A stretch of DNA of 64,000 nucleotides, taken from positions 31,322 to 95,321 of the forward strand of contig DHON01000092.1 in the NCBI GenBank assembly GCA_002409965.1, in the 5' to 3' direction. The stretch is from Firmicutes bacterium UBA5389. GTDB lineage: Bacteria > Bacillota > DTU025. Every line of letters begins with the position of its first letter. The stretch's first letter is position 1. Under the pieces are notes generated by a model. The model was not told where the DNA came from. It did not search any database and saw nothing but the letters and a program-made list of their open reading frames with translations. Shown in pieces: positions 35,837 to 46,900 of this stretch. Position numbers and translations under genes: made by a program.

Positions 35837-36772
35837 TCAGAAGCTCAGAAGGACTCGCGCGGCGGCCATGTCCTCCTTGATCTGCTCCGCCAGTTGGGCG
35901 GGGTCGGCGAACTTGAGTTCATCCCTGAGCCGCGCGGCGAACTCCACCGTGAGAGATGTTCCGTACAGGTCGGGCGATGCGTCCATAATGTGCACTTCCA
36001 GCGTGACTCCGCGCGCCTGATCGTCGAATGTGGGCCTCACTCCGATATTGCATACGGCGGGCGATTCCGGCGACTGGCCCGAGCGCGCCACACAGGCGTA
36101 CACTCCCGGCATGGGCAGCGCGATGCCTGCCGGAACGCTCACATTCGCAGTGGGGATCCCGATCCCGCGGCCGACTCCTCTTCCCCGCGCCACAACGCCT
36201 CGGACGAAGTGACGCCTGCCCAGGAGCCGGGCGGCGCGCCCCACATCTCCGCAGGCGAGAGCGGCTCTGATGCCTGTGCTCGAGGCCAGCTCGCCGCGGA
36301 TCTCAACCGGCGGCAGGACCCGAGCTTCGATGCCCGCGTTTCGCGCAAGCGATTCGAGCCTAGCGGGGGTTCCGGCCCCGCCATGGCCGAAGGAGTAGTC
36401 GAACCCCACCACTACGCACTCGGCATCCAGCGAATCGCGGAGCACATCGGTTACGAAAAATTCTGGGGCCATGCGCGCCAATCCTACATCGAAAGCCCGG
36501 ACAATCGCCACATCCACTCCGCAGGATTCCATAAGGCCGAGCCTGTCGTGTATGGTCATCAGAGTGGCAGGCGCGCGCTCGGGGCAGACCACCTGCATCG
36601 GATGGACATCGAAAGTGTACACGCCGCACGCTGTGCCGCGCTCCCCGGCGATTCTCACCGCCTCTTCGATCAACGCCGAATGGCCGATGTGCACGCCGTC
36701 GAATGTGCCCAAAGCGTAGACTCCGGCGATATACTGGGGACGTTGGTTGCTGCTCACAAAGCATCGATGCAT
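35837..36772 (-). CDS. ribF: bifunctional riboflavin kinase / FMN adenylyltransferase
   Basis: GTFDGVHIGH (HxGH nucleotidyltransferase) and C-terminal riboflavin-kinase motifs (PTAN, GVY). Confidence 0.9.
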   Translation of the reverse strand: MHRCFVSSNQRPQYIAGVYALGTFDGVHIGHSALIEEAVRIAGERGTACGVYTFDVHPMQVVCPERAPATLMTIHDRLGLMESCGVDVAIVRAFDVGLARMAPEFFVTDVLRDSLDAECVVVGFDYSFGHGGAGTPARLESLARNAGIEARVLPPVEIRGELASSTGIRAALACGDVGRAARLLGRRHFVRGVVARGRGVGRGIGIPTANVSVPAGIALPMPGVYACVARSGQSPESPAVCNIGVRPTFDDQARGVTLEVHIMDASPDLYGTSLTVEFAARLRDELKFADPAQLAEQIKEDMAAARVLLSF

Positions 36773-36790
36773 TCCACAACACCTCGTAAT

Positions 36791-37723
36791 TCACAGAACG
36801 ACCTTGGGCTGAATCAGAAGCCCGGGGTCGCCGCGCCCCACCCTCGCTATGGCCGCGAGAGACCCGTCAGGGCGCACTAGAGCGATGTAGGGGATATCGG
36901 TTGCTGCACTTGCTGCGCTGCGGACTCGGCCGCCATTGCATTCGAAAGCCGTTCCATGACTGACCCAGCCCGCTTCGAGCTCGGTGAGGTCTAGCGCTGG
37001 AAGATGCCTGACGCCTTCCAGGGACGGCTTGATAGCCTGAGCGAGCGATCCGAAAGAGGCCATTCGCTCAAGTTCATCAAGGGTCACGGCCTGTTCGAGA
37101 GTGAATCCGGACGTGGCCGTTCGCACGAGGGCGCTCATGTGGCCGGCAACCCCAAGGCTACGGCATATGTCTTCGCACAGGGTCCGTATATATGTTCCCC
37201 GAGAGCATTCCACCCGTATCCTGCCGCGTGAGCCGTGTTCCAAATGCGATGGCCAGCTTGACACGGACAACGGTTCGATGCTGTACACGACAACAGCGCG
37301 GGGCTTTCGCTCGACGGTGATCCCCTGACGGGCCAGTTCATACAGCCGGCGGCCGCGGTGGTGGATCGCCGAAACCATAGGCGGCACTTGCTGTATGTCG
37401 CCCACAAACTTTCCGAAGGCGGCGAACGCTTCGGAAAGAGGGATCGAGAAGCCCTCGCTGCGAGCCACGACCTCTCCGCTGGCATCGCCGGTCATGGTGG
37501 ACAGCCCAAATGCGATCTCAGCTTCATACCGCTTGGGGAACTCTTCCATGAAACGTGTGAGCCTGGTGGCGGCTCCCATGCACACCACCAGCAGGCCGGT
37601 GGCATCGGGATCGAGCGTGCCCGTATGGCCGGAGGAGCGTTCGCCTGTGATGCTCCTTACGCGCATCACAACATCGTGGGAGGTTATCCCAGCTGGCTTA
37701 TGTATGGCGACTATGCCGTCCAC
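36791..37723 (-). CDS. truB: tRNA pseudouridine(55) synthase
   Basis: GIVAIHKPAGITSHDVV...GHTGTLDPDATGLL (catalytic Asp). Confidence 0.9.
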   Translation of the reverse strand: MDGIVAIHKPAGITSHDVVMRVRSITGERSSGHTGTLDPDATGLLVVCMGAATRLTRFMEEFPKRYEAEIAFGLSTMTGDASGEVVARSEGFSIPLSEAFAAFGKFVGDIQQVPPMVSAIHHRGRRLYELARQGITVERKPRAVVVYSIEPLSVSSWPSHLEHGSRGRIRVECSRGTYIRTLCEDICRSLGVAGHMSALVRTATSGFTLEQAVTLDELERMASFGSLAQAIKPSLEGVRHLPALDLTELEAGWVSHGTAFECNGGRVRSAASAATDIPYIALVRPDGSLAAIARVGRGDPGLLIQPKVVL

Positions 37724-38700
37724 GTGTATCCCGCCTCGCGAAGCGCCTGCTCCAGACGGGGCATGACCTTGATCCGGGCTTGTTCCATGGTGCCTTGGAT
37801 GGAGCAGCCTGAAGCCCGGACATGTCCTCCGCCTCCGAACTCACTTGCAACCTTGGCGACGTCCGCGCGTTCCTTCGAGCGCAATCCCACACGTATGAGC
37901 CCCTGTCCCACCTCGCGAAAAGCGGCCGCGACTTCAACTCCGTCGACAGAACGCGCATAGCCTATGAACCCCTCGGTATCGCCTTCGCTGATGCCGTGCC
38001 GGGCCATATCGGAAGCTCGGATGCTCATCGCGGCGATCAAATGGTCGCAGCTGAACTCGATGCCGAGTATGGCTTCGGCCAGAGCCGCCAGAGCGCTGTA
38101 TGGCTTGCTGTCGTAGATGTTCTGGGCGATCTCCCATGGCCTGGCTCCCGCCTCAGCTAGCTCCGCAGCGGCGCGGAACGTCGACGCCCGCGTGTTGGAA
38201 TAGCGAAATGAGCCTGTGTCGGTGGACAGCCCGGTGAACAGGCATGTAGCTATGTCGGAATCGTAGGGGATTCCAAGCGCCCGAATTAGCTCCGCAACCA
38301 GCTGGCAGGTGGCCGCAGCCTCGGTATCGACCCAGTTGATCGTAGCAAACCGGGTATTGGTGGCATGATGGTCGATGTTTACCGTCACCGGGCAAGCGCG
38401 AACCGCCTCCACGCACTGGCCCACACGGTCGAGGGATCCGCAGTCGAGCACCAGGCCCAAGTCGAACTGGCGGGACTTTGCGGATCCGCCCGCCTCGATG
38501 CTCCGGGACTCGGGAAGAAAGCGAAGCGATGGCGGCACGCCGTCCGACAGGCCGGCCCGAGTCTCCTTACCCACACGTTCCAGAGCAAGCTTGATGCCGA
38601 GCAGCGAGCCGACAGCATCGCCATCGGGAACCACGTGGGAGGTGATGAAGACTCTACGGGCACGCCTGACGGCCTCCACGATCTCGCCGGGCACACTCAA
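37711..38700 (-). CDS. nrnA: DHH/DHHA1 phosphoesterase (NrnA-like oligoribonuclease/pAp phosphatase)
   Basis: HVVPDGDAVGS and IDHH motifs, C-terminal GGGH (DHHA1). Confidence 0.8.
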   Translation of the reverse strand: MSVPGEIVEAVRRARRVFITSHVVPDGDAVGSLLGIKLALERVGKETRAGLSDGVPPSLRFLPESRSIEAGGSAKSRQFDLGLVLDCGSLDRVGQCVEAVRACPVTVNIDHHATNTRFATINWVDTEAAATCQLVAELIRALGIPYDSDIATCLFTGLSTDTGSFRYSNTRASTFRAAAELAEAGARPWEIAQNIYDSKPYSALAALAEAILGIEFSCDHLIAAMSIRASDMARHGISEGDTEGFIGYARSVDGVEVAAAFREVGQGLIRVGLRSKERADVAKVASEFGGGGHVRASGCSIQGTMEQARIKVMPRLEQALREAGYTWTA

Positions 38701-39077
38701 TTCTCATTCTCCTTGTCGCCTTTGGCGCCCGGCTCTTCGCTCTGTATCTCCGAGATGATCCGCAGAATGCGGGCGCCGCGCTCAATAGAATCGTCGTACG
38801 CGAAGCTGATCTCGGGAGTCAGCCGGAGCTGCACGCGACGGCCGATCTCCGAGCGTATATAGCCTCGCGCACTCTCAAGGGCCTGCATTGTCTGCTGCCT
38901 TGAGGCATCGTCGCCGAGTATGCTCACGTACACCTGCACATGCTGAAGATCGCCGCTGACTCGCACATCAGTCACAGTCGCGAATCCCAGCCTCGGGTCT
39001 TTCAGATCGCGCTGAAGCATGTTCGATATTTCCTGGCGCATTGCGGCGCGCACGCGGTCATTTCGGTAGGTAGGCAA
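38697..39077 (-). CDS. rbfA: ribosome-binding factor A
   Basis: RVRAAMRQEISNMLQRDLKDPRLGFATVTDVRVSGDLQHVQVYVS. Confidence 0.9.
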   Translation of the reverse strand: MPTYRNDRVRAAMRQEISNMLQRDLKDPRLGFATVTDVRVSGDLQHVQVYVSILGDDASRQQTMQALESARGYIRSEIGRRVQLRLTPEISFAYDDSIERGARILRIISEIQSEEPGAKGDKENEN

Positions 39078-39125
39078 TATCTGGCACCTCCAAACATCCG
39101 AGTTCAGCGGTCGCGAGACTGTCGC

Positions 39126-41795
39126 CTAGAGCTCGCGCTTGACAGCCTCATTGCCGTACCCCTCGATCACATCGCCCTCACGCACGTCATTGAAGCCTTC
39201 TATTCCAATGCCGCACTCGAACCCTGCAGCCACCTCGCGCACATCATCCTTGAACCGCTTGAGCGAGCCGATCTTGCCATCGTGTATCACAACGCCATCG
39301 CGTACCAACCGCACCTGGGCTGATCGCGCGATCTTGCCGTCGGTTACATAGCAGCCGGCCACGACCCCTGCCTTGGGGACCTTGAAGGTCGCCCTCACCT
39401 CCGCATGGCCGTAGACGACCTCGCGGAACTCCGGCTCGAGCAGCCCCTCCATGGCCTTCTTGACATCGTCGATGGCCTCATATATCACGCGATAGAGCCT
39501 CACGTCGACCTGCTCAACCTGGGCGCTCGACGCCCCGGCCGTATCGGGCCGCACGTTGAAGCCGATGATTACTGCGTTGGACGCAGACGCCAACATCACA
39601 TCGGACTCGTTGACGGCGCCCACGCCGCCGTGAATGACGTTCACGCGCACCTCGTCTGTGGACAACCGCTCAATCGCCTGCTTCAGAGCTTCAGTGGAGC
39701 CCTGCACGTCTGCCTTGATGATGACCCTGAGTTCCTTGGTTTGGCCCTCCTTGATCTGGTTGAACAGATCCTCGAGCGACACCTTCTTGCTAGTCTCCCC
39801 GATCTCCGAGATGCGCTTGCGCTCAGCGCGTCTTTCAGCGACCTGCCTGGCCTCGCGCTCATCAGTTACCGACTGGAAGACATCGCCGGCTTCAGGCACA
39901 TAGCTCAGGCCCAGAACCTCCACAGGCATCGATGGAGTCGCCTGTTCCAATGCCCTGCCACGGTAATCGGCCATTGCCCGCACCCTGCCGTAGACCTCGC
40001 CTACCAGGAATGAGTCGCCTACCTTCAGCGTGCCCTTCTGGATGAGCACCGTCGCGACCGGTCCGCGCCCGCGGTCCACCCTGGCCTCGATCACAGTGCC
40101 CAGTGCAGGACGGTCGGGATTGGCCTTGAGGTCGCGCATGTCCGCCACGAGCAGGATCATCTCCAGCAGGTCCTCAAGCCCCTTCTTCTGAAGAGCCGAC
40201 ACGGGCACCATCACGGTATCGCCGCCCCACTCTTCGGGAACCAACCCCATCTCCGACAGCTGCCGCTGCACTCGCTCAGGCTGTGCGTGCGGCTTGTCGA
40301 TCTTGTTCACTGCCACTACTATCGGTACGTTGGCATCGCGCGCATGGTTGATGGCTTCGATTGTTTGAGGCATCACGCCATCGTCGGCCGCCACCACGAG
40401 CACCGCCACATCAGTAGCTTGAGCGCCCCTAGCTCGCATTGCGGTGAATGCCTCATGGCCGGGAGTATCTAGGAAGGTAATCTTCCTTCCGTTCAGCTCT
40501 GCCTGATAGGCGCCTATATGCTGAGTAATGCCGCCTGCCTCGGTGGCAGTTACGTTGGCCTCCCGTATCGCGTCCAAGAGAGACGTCTTGCCATGGTCCA
40601 CATGCCCCATTATCGTGACCACGGGCGGTCTGGGCTTCAGGCTCTCCGAGGCGTCTTCGATTTCAGCGATGGCAACTTCGCGCTCCTCGCGCTCCGAAGT
40701 CAACTCGGCTTCGAAACCGAGTTCGGTCGCTAGAATTTGCGCTACTTCGCCCTCGATTTCCTGGTTTATGCCAGCCATCACGCCCATCCGGATGAGCCTG
40801 CTGACAGCCTCAGGCGCAGATATCTCCAGCTTCGCCGCGAGATCGCGGACGGCTATCGCCTCGCCTATCTCCACGCGCCGGATCTTGGCGGGCTTCTCGC
40901 GCCTTCGCCCAATCCGCCGGACTACAATGTCATCGGCGCCGTCAATATCCCCGGCCCTCACACGGCGCTCTATGAGACGCGCATCGCCGAGGGGAGCTGA
41001 GGTCGGAGCCCTTTTCCTGCCGCGCCTGTCGGGCCTGCGAGCCCCTCTGGCCGTATCCATCTCATCCTCGCCGCCGCCGCGCCGCCTTCCCCGGCCCGAC
41101 CATGCGGGCTTGCCCTTCCCGCCGCCTCTAGCGGCGGGAGCCGGAGCCGAAGACGGTGGAGGCGGGGGAACCGAAACAGCCGGACCGCGCCTGAAGCCTC
41201 CCCCGGGTTGCACCGGCCCGCCAGGCCGCGGTCGCGCCCCTGGCCCAGCAGGCGTAGGGTAACGGTCAGGCCGGGCAAACCTATCGCTTCGCTCGGGCCC
41301 AAATGGTTGCGGCGCCTGTTGCGGTTGCACCGGCGCCGCTGGGCGCGGACGCGCACCGCCGGCCCCTTGAGGCCTGTGCCGTGCAGGTATGAATGGATAG
41401 GAAGGGTCCAAGGGTTTGGGCGATCTGGCATCATACGCCCGCTCAGGACGTCTGTCATCCACTGGCCGCGACACTGGGCCCGGCGCGGCCGGTATCCGCT
41501 CCTGCCTGCGCTGAGCATCGGAAGGCCGCAAGTCGGGCGTACGATGCCCCGCGTCGGGGGCATCTCCCTTCGCTGTAGCCGAGGACGGCGATGGAGGCGC
41601 AGCGGACGCGTCCTTCTGATCCTCCGCTTTCTGCGATTCAGGCCCAAATTTCCTCATCACATAGCGCGCCGCATTCTCGTCGATCGCGCTCATGTGATTC
41701 TTCGCCTTCACGCCTAGCTCATTTAGGAGCGTAACTAGGTCCTTGCTAGGCATATCAAGTTCTTTGGCCAGCTCGAATACTCTCACTTTAGCCAT
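39126..41795 (-). CDS. infB: translation initiation factor IF-2 (with long Pro/Ala/Arg-rich low-complexity N-terminal region)
   Basis: G domain ([21 protein letters not shown]) and C-terminal beta-barrels. RBS GGGGGTGA. Confidence 0.95.
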   Translation of the reverse strand: MAKVRVFELAKELDMPSKDLVTLLNELGVKAKNHMSAIDENAARYVMRKFGPESQKAEDQKDASAAPPSPSSATAKGDAPDAGHRTPDLRPSDAQRRQERIPAAPGPVSRPVDDRRPERAYDARSPKPLDPSYPFIPARHRPQGAGGARPRPAAPVQPQQAPQPFGPERSDRFARPDRYPTPAGPGARPRPGGPVQPGGGFRRGPAVSVPPPPPSSAPAPAARGGGKGKPAWSGRGRRRGGGEDEMDTARGARRPDRRGRKRAPTSAPLGDARLIERRVRAGDIDGADDIVVRRIGRRREKPAKIRRVEIGEAIAVRDLAAKLEISAPEAVSRLIRMGVMAGINQEIEGEVAQILATELGFEAELTSEREEREVAIAEIEDASESLKPRPPVVTIMGHVDHGKTSLLDAIREANVTATEAGGITQHIGAYQAELNGRKITFLDTPGHEAFTAMRARGAQATDVAVLVVAADDGVMPQTIEAINHARDANVPIVVAVNKIDKPHAQPERVQRQLSEMGLVPEEWGGDTVMVPVSALQKKGLEDLLEMILLVADMRDLKANPDRPALGTVIEARVDRGRGPVATVLIQKGTLKVGDSFLVGEVYGRVRAMADYRGRALEQATPSMPVEVLGLSYVPEAGDVFQSVTDEREARQVAERRAERKRISEIGETSKKVSLEDLFNQIKEGQTKELRVIIKADVQGSTEALKQAIERLSTDEVRVNVIHGGVGAVNESDVMLASASNAVIIGFNVRPDTAGASSAQVEQVDVRLYRVIYEAIDDVKKAMEGLLEPEFREVVYGHAEVRATFKVPKAGVVAGCYVTDGKIARSAQVRLVRDGVVIHDGKIGSLKRFKDDVREVAAGFECGIGIEGFNDVREGDVIEGYGNEAVKREL

Positions 41796-41943
41796 TGATC
41801 GTCACCCCCATGACCCGCATAAAGCCGGACTATCTTGTGGCGCTGCATAGGCCCCTGGGCGAGGCGCCGGATCGTGACCGGCGCTCCGCGATAGTTCCGG
41901 CCGGATATGCAAGGCCTAGGAACCCAAGAACACCCAAAGACAC

Positions 41944-42222
41944 CTATGATTCATCAACTCCGCCCAATCTATTGGAGAGCGCTGTAACAACATCTTCGGG
42001 CACCTCGACCTCGAGCGCTCTCGCAAGTTTGCCCGAACCCACTGCCCGCTGCAAACAACCTCGCTCCGCGCATACGTACGCTCCCCGCCCCGACCGCTTT
42101 CCCGTGAGATCAACGGCCACATCGCCTTCGGGAGTGCGCACTATGCGAACCAGATCGCGCTTATCGGCAACCTTTCCGCAGCCTACACAGGTCCGCTGCG
42201 GCGTCTTTCTGAGTTTCGGCAT
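41944..42222 (-). CDS. ylxR: YlxR-family (DUF448) RNA-binding protein
   Basis: [19 protein letters not shown]...GRGAYVC. Lies between nusA and infB, as in Bacillus. Confidence 0.8.
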   Translation of the reverse strand: MPKLRKTPQRTCVGCGKVADKRDLVRIVRTPEGDVAVDLTGKRSGRGAYVCAERGCLQRAVGSGKLARALEVEVPEDVVTALSNRLGGVDES

Positions 42223-42234
42223 TTCAACGCACCT

Positions 42235-43314
42235 CTAGAAGTCGATTTCGAACCGGGGTATTCCCCCCAGCCCGACCTGGGACTCGCTCTTGATGTCGAT
42301 CTTCCAGCCGGTGATCTTTGCAGCCAACCGCGCGTTCTGCCCTTCCCTGCCAATGGCCAGCGACAGCTGGTAATCGGGAACCACCACCATCGCGACCTTG
42401 GAGATGAAGTCGGGCCTCACCTCTACTACCTTGGCCGGGCTCAACGCGTTCGCTATGAACGTGGAGTAGTCCTCACTCCATGGTATCACATCTATCTTCT
42501 CGCCAGCCAGTTCCGCCACGACCGCCTGGATGCGGGCGCCCCGCGGACCGACACAGGCTCCAACCGGGTCTACATTAGGGTCATGGGCGAGCACAGCGAC
42601 TTTGGACCTTGCGCCTGCCTCTCGCGCTATGCCGCGTATCTCAACAACCCCATCGGAGATCTCGGGAATCTCCAGTTCCAACAGCCGTTTGAGCAACCCC
42701 GGATGTGTTCTGGACAGCATTACCATGGGTCCTCGACTGGTCTTGCGCACTTCCACCACGTAGCACTTCAGCCTCATCCCGGGCTCATACCGTTCGGTGG
42801 AGATCTGCTCCTGCTGAGGCAGGGACGCTTCAGTCTTGCCCAGATCCAGCACTACATTTCGGGGCTCGACACGGCTTACGGCGCCTGTGACGACATCGCC
42901 TTCGCGGTTAGAGAACTGCTCATAGAGGACGCCGCGCTCGGCCTCGCGGATGCGTTGCACCACTACCTGCTTGGCAGTTTGCGCCGCTATTCGTCCGAAC
43001 TCCTTGGGGGTGACCTCGTTTTCGATCACATCGCCCGGGTTGTAGCCCGGGTCGATCGCCCTGGCATCGTCCAGCAATATCTCACCTTTGGGATCGTCCA
43101 GCTCCTCCACAACGGTTTTGCGGGCAAGCACCAGCACTTTCCCAGTTGCAGGGTCTATGAGGACTCGCACGTTCTGCGACGAGCCGTAGTGCCTCTTGAA
43201 CGCCGAAACAAGCGCCGCCTCTATCGCATCAAGCAGCACTTCCTTGGTTATCCCCCGCTCCTTCTGTAGCTCATCCAGAGCGCGGATTATCTCGAGGCCG
43301 TCATTCTGACTCAT
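42235..43314 (-). CDS. nusA: transcription termination/antitermination factor NusA
   Basis: S1 and two KH domains. ATG 43314 behind AGGAGGTG. 14-nt overlap with the rimP end. Confidence 0.95.
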   Translation of the reverse strand: MSQNDGLEIIRALDELQKERGITKEVLLDAIEAALVSAFKRHYGSSQNVRVLIDPATGKVLVLARKTVVEELDDPKGEILLDDARAIDPGYNPGDVIENEVTPKEFGRIAAQTAKQVVVQRIREAERGVLYEQFSNREGDVVTGAVSRVEPRNVVLDLGKTEASLPQQEQISTERYEPGMRLKCYVVEVRKTSRGPMVMLSRTHPGLLKRLLELEIPEISDGVVEIRGIAREAGARSKVAVLAHDPNVDPVGACVGPRGARIQAVVAELAGEKIDVIPWSEDYSTFIANALSPAKVVEVRPDFISKVAMVVVPDYQLSLAIGREGQNARLAAKITGWKIDIKSESQVGLGGIPRFEIDF

Positions 43315-43792
43315 CACCGCGCACCTCCTTGAAAGGAACCGCAAGCCGGGCTGCGCTGATCCTTTGCCGCGGTATTTCAACAGCCGTGCCGTCCACCTCC
43401 ATCAAAACCGAATCGCCGGCGTTTCCCATGAGCAGTCCCTCGAAGCGCTTGCGCCCATTGATCTCTGAGTACGTATTGACCAGGGCCCACCTGCCCTTGA
43501 ACTCATCGTATTCTTCATCGCGCCGAAGCGGCTTCTCGCCTGAGGATGACACCTCGAGGATGTAGCTCGCCGGGACGAAATCCTGGCGGTCGAGTTCAGA
43601 GCCTATCGCCGTGGACAGGTTGGCGCAATCGTCGATGGCGACCCCGCCCGGCTTTTCTATGTATACTCGCAGATACCAGTAGCCAGAGTCACGCACGAAC
43701 TCCGCGTCGATGACCTGCAGGCCGAGCGGCCCGGCGGCTGACTCGGCAACACCCTTTGCGCGGCTTTCGATCCGCCGACGATCCATTCTCAC
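43301..43792 (-). CDS. rimP: ribosome maturation factor RimP
   Basis: RimP/YlxS-like sequence in the position immediately upstream of nusA. Start GTG 43792 or ATG 43786. Confidence 0.85.
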   Translation of the reverse strand: MRMDRRRIESRAKGVAESAAGPLGLQVIDAEFVRDSGYWYLRVYIEKPGGVAIDDCANLSTAIGSELDRQDFVPASYILEVSSSGEKPLRRDEEYDEFKGRWALVNTYSEINGRKRFEGLLMGNAGDSVLMEVDGTAVEIPRQRISAARLAVPFKEVRGDESE

Positions 43793-43853
43793 CTCAGCCC
43801 TCCTACTTGGCCTCAGCCGGGAAACGCAGCGCTTTGGCCCTATGGCTGGCAGA

Positions 43854-43881
43854 CAAGATTAAAGAGTGGGACCGACCCACT
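43854..43881 (-). terminator. leader hairpin + U-tract (attenuator) between promoter and rimP
   Basis: Minus strand: GAGTGGG-tcggt-CCCACTC followed by TTTAATCTT, about 55 nt downstream of the predicted TSS and about 60 nt upstream of the rimP start. Confidence 0.5.
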
Positions 43882-43932
43882 CTCCGAAACCGCTCACAAC
43901 GCACGTCTGCCACCGGCTACCCTCACAGGTTC

Positions 43933-43961
43933 CAATATACCACAGGCTCGGACAGCGTGCA
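43933..43961 (-). promoter_or_regulatory. sigmaA-type promoter for rimP-nusA-ylxR-infB operon
   Basis: Minus strand: TTGCAC, 17-bp spacer, TG-extended -10 (gTGgTATATT). Starts 20 nt after the polC stop. Confidence 0.5.
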
Positions 43962-43980
43962 AGGGGGATCCGACGCGCGC

Positions 43981-46900
43981 TCAGAACAGCGACAGCTGAT
44001 CCGTCTCGGGCATACCGTCCAGAGCGCCGGTGTCGCGGAGGGTGTCGATGTGCGATCTCGTCAAGCGGGTCCGCTCGCGCAGATCAAGGATGGAACTGAA
44101 CCGTCGCTCCTCCCGCGCCTGCACCACGCTGGCCGCCGCGGCATCGCCCAGCGAAGGCACGCTCACCAGCGGAAGCCGGAGCGATCCCTCCTCGATGGCG
44201 AACTGCGCGGCGCATGACCTGACAATGTCTACAGGAAGGAACGCCACCCCTCGCATCTTGGCTTCCGCCGCCGCCTCCATCATCGTAGCCAAGCTCTTTT
44301 CGCGCGCAGTGGCATCCTGACTGGCGTTGACATCGCGAAGAGCCGTCATGATCTCCTCCACACTCATCAGAGCGATGGAGGAATCGAAGTCGGAAGCCCT
44401 TATGGTGAAGTAGGCCGCGTAGAACTCAACCGGCCGATGCACCTTGAAGTAGGCGATTCGAAACGACATGGTCACGTAGGCTGCAGCGTGAGCTTTGGGG
44501 AACATGTACCTTATCTTGTTGCAGGAATCGATGTACCACTCGGGCACACCGTGCTCCGCCATGAGCCGGTCGTCCCCGTCCGCCAGCCCTTTGCCCTTGC
44601 GCACGCGCTCCATTATCCTGAAAGCGTCCTTTGGCGGCAGCCCGTCTGAGATCAGCCTGTTCATGATATCGTCTCGGCAGGCAATCACATCGGTCAACCG
44701 CGCGACGCCCGACTCGATGAGATCCTGTGCGTTGCTGAGCCAGACGTTAGTGCCATGCGACAGACCGCTGATGCGCACCAGTTCTCCAAAGCTCTTGGGC
44801 CTGGTCGCCTCCAGCATTCCTCGCACGAACTTGGTGCCGAACTCGGGGACCGCCACGGTACCCACAGCCATCCCGCTTTCCCGAGGGTCTAGCCCAAGCG
44901 CTTCGACTCCGGAGAAAATCGACATGGTGGCCGGATCGTCCATGGGTACATCATCGGCGCGCATGCCGGTCAGATCCTCCAGCATCTTGATCATGGTCGG
45001 GTCATCGTGGCCGAGCAGGTCCAGTTTGAGCAGGCAGTCGTGGATCGTCTTATACTCAAAATGCGTTGTGACGATATCCGAGTTCCTGTCGTTGGCGGGA
45101 CGCTGCACGGGAGTGAACTCGTGCACGTCTCTGCCTCTCGGCACAATCATCACGCCGCCCGGATGCTGGCCGGTGGTCCTCTTCACGCCTGAGCATCCGC
45201 GGGCAAGCCTCGCGACTTCCGCATTGCGCAGGGTGAGGTTTCGGGATTCGCAGTACGCCTTGACGAAGCCGTAGGCAGTCTTGTCAGCGATGGTGGCAAT
45301 GGTGCCGGCCCGGAACACGTGGTCGGCACCGAACAGCTCCTCGGCATACTTGTGGATCACAGACTGATATTCGCCCGAGAAGTTCAGATCGATGTCGGGA
45401 ACCTTGTCGCCCTCGAAACCCATGAAGGTTTCAAAGGGGATCCCCTGCCCGTCTTTGCCTAGCTTGGCGCCGCAACGGGGGCACTGGCTATCCGGCAGAT
45501 CGTAGCCCGACTCGACTGCCGCGCCGTGCTCGAAGTCGCTGTACTGGCAATTGGCGCACAGATAGTGAGGAGGCAGCGGGTTGACCTCGGTTATGCCGCA
45601 CATCGTGGCTACAAGCGATGACCCGACTGACCCTCGAGAACCTACCGGATATCCATCCTCAACTGATTTCTGCACCAGCTTTGCAGCGATGTCGTAGTTG
45701 ACGGCAAAGCCGTTTCCGATGATCGACGACACTTCCCGGGCCAGACGGGCTTGGACGATCTGTGGCAGCGGATCGCCGTAGAGCTCGCGGGCTCTCTGGT
45801 AGGTGCGCGAGCGCACATCCTCGTCGGCGCCTTCTATCTCCGGAGTGGCGAGTTGGTTAGGGACTGGTCTGATTCGCTCGGCTCTACCCGCAATCAGCCT
45901 GGGGTTGTCGATGACCACCTCGCGGCGTGCCTCCTCCCCGAGGTAGGCGAAGTCGCGAAGCATCTCGTCGGTGGTGTGATAGTACAACGGCGCCTGATGG
46001 TCGGCGTCATCGTAGCCCTGCCCTGCCATGAGCACCCGGCGGTACGCCTCATCTGCCGGCTCAAGAAAATGGACATCGCCCGTTGCGGCCACCGGAATCC
46101 CCAGGCGCTTGCCTATGCCGTATATTCGGGCTGTGATGGCCTGCACATCGTCGATTCCGCGAAGCCGTCCCGACCGTATCAGGAACTCATCGTTGGCCGC
46201 AGGCATGATTTCCAGGTAGTCATAGAACAGGGCAATCCGGTCCAGGTCCGCGTCGGAAGCGCCGTCCAGCGCTGCGCGGAACAGCTCTCCGGCGGAGCAT
46301 GCCGAACCGATGAGAAGGTTCGAGCGCACCTGGGCAAGGCGCGCCCTGGGGATCCGGGGATGCCTGTGGAAGTACTTAAGATGCGACTCAGACACCAGCG
46401 TGTATAGGTCTCTGAGGCCCGCCTCGTTCCTGACTAGAATGGTGATGTGATGAGTGGGGCAGTCATTGGCGGTGATCTCGTCCACCAGGTAGCCTTCCAT
46501 GCCGAATATTATCTGGACTCCATGCTTCTCTCCCGCGGCGAAAGCTTCGGGGAACGACTGGACCACTCCGTGATCGGTGATGGCCACCGCTGGGTGATTC
46601 CAAGCAGCGGCTTGTCGCACAGCGGCCTCCACCTCGCATACGGAATCCATCGCGCTCATCTTGGTGTGCAGGTGCAGTTCGACGCGCTTGTCGGGCGAGG
46701 TATCGTGCCTGGTTGGGGCCGAGTCGGGCATGATGTCCGACACCGCGAGCACTATCTCCCGCGCATACTGATCGTACTGCACCTCTCCTCGCACGCGCGC
46801 CCACTGCCCTTCCGTGAGCCCGAAACTAGGCTCTTCGGGATCGCAGAAGCACTTGCACATGATGGAGTCCTCTCGATCAGTTATGGAGAAGCTCACTATC

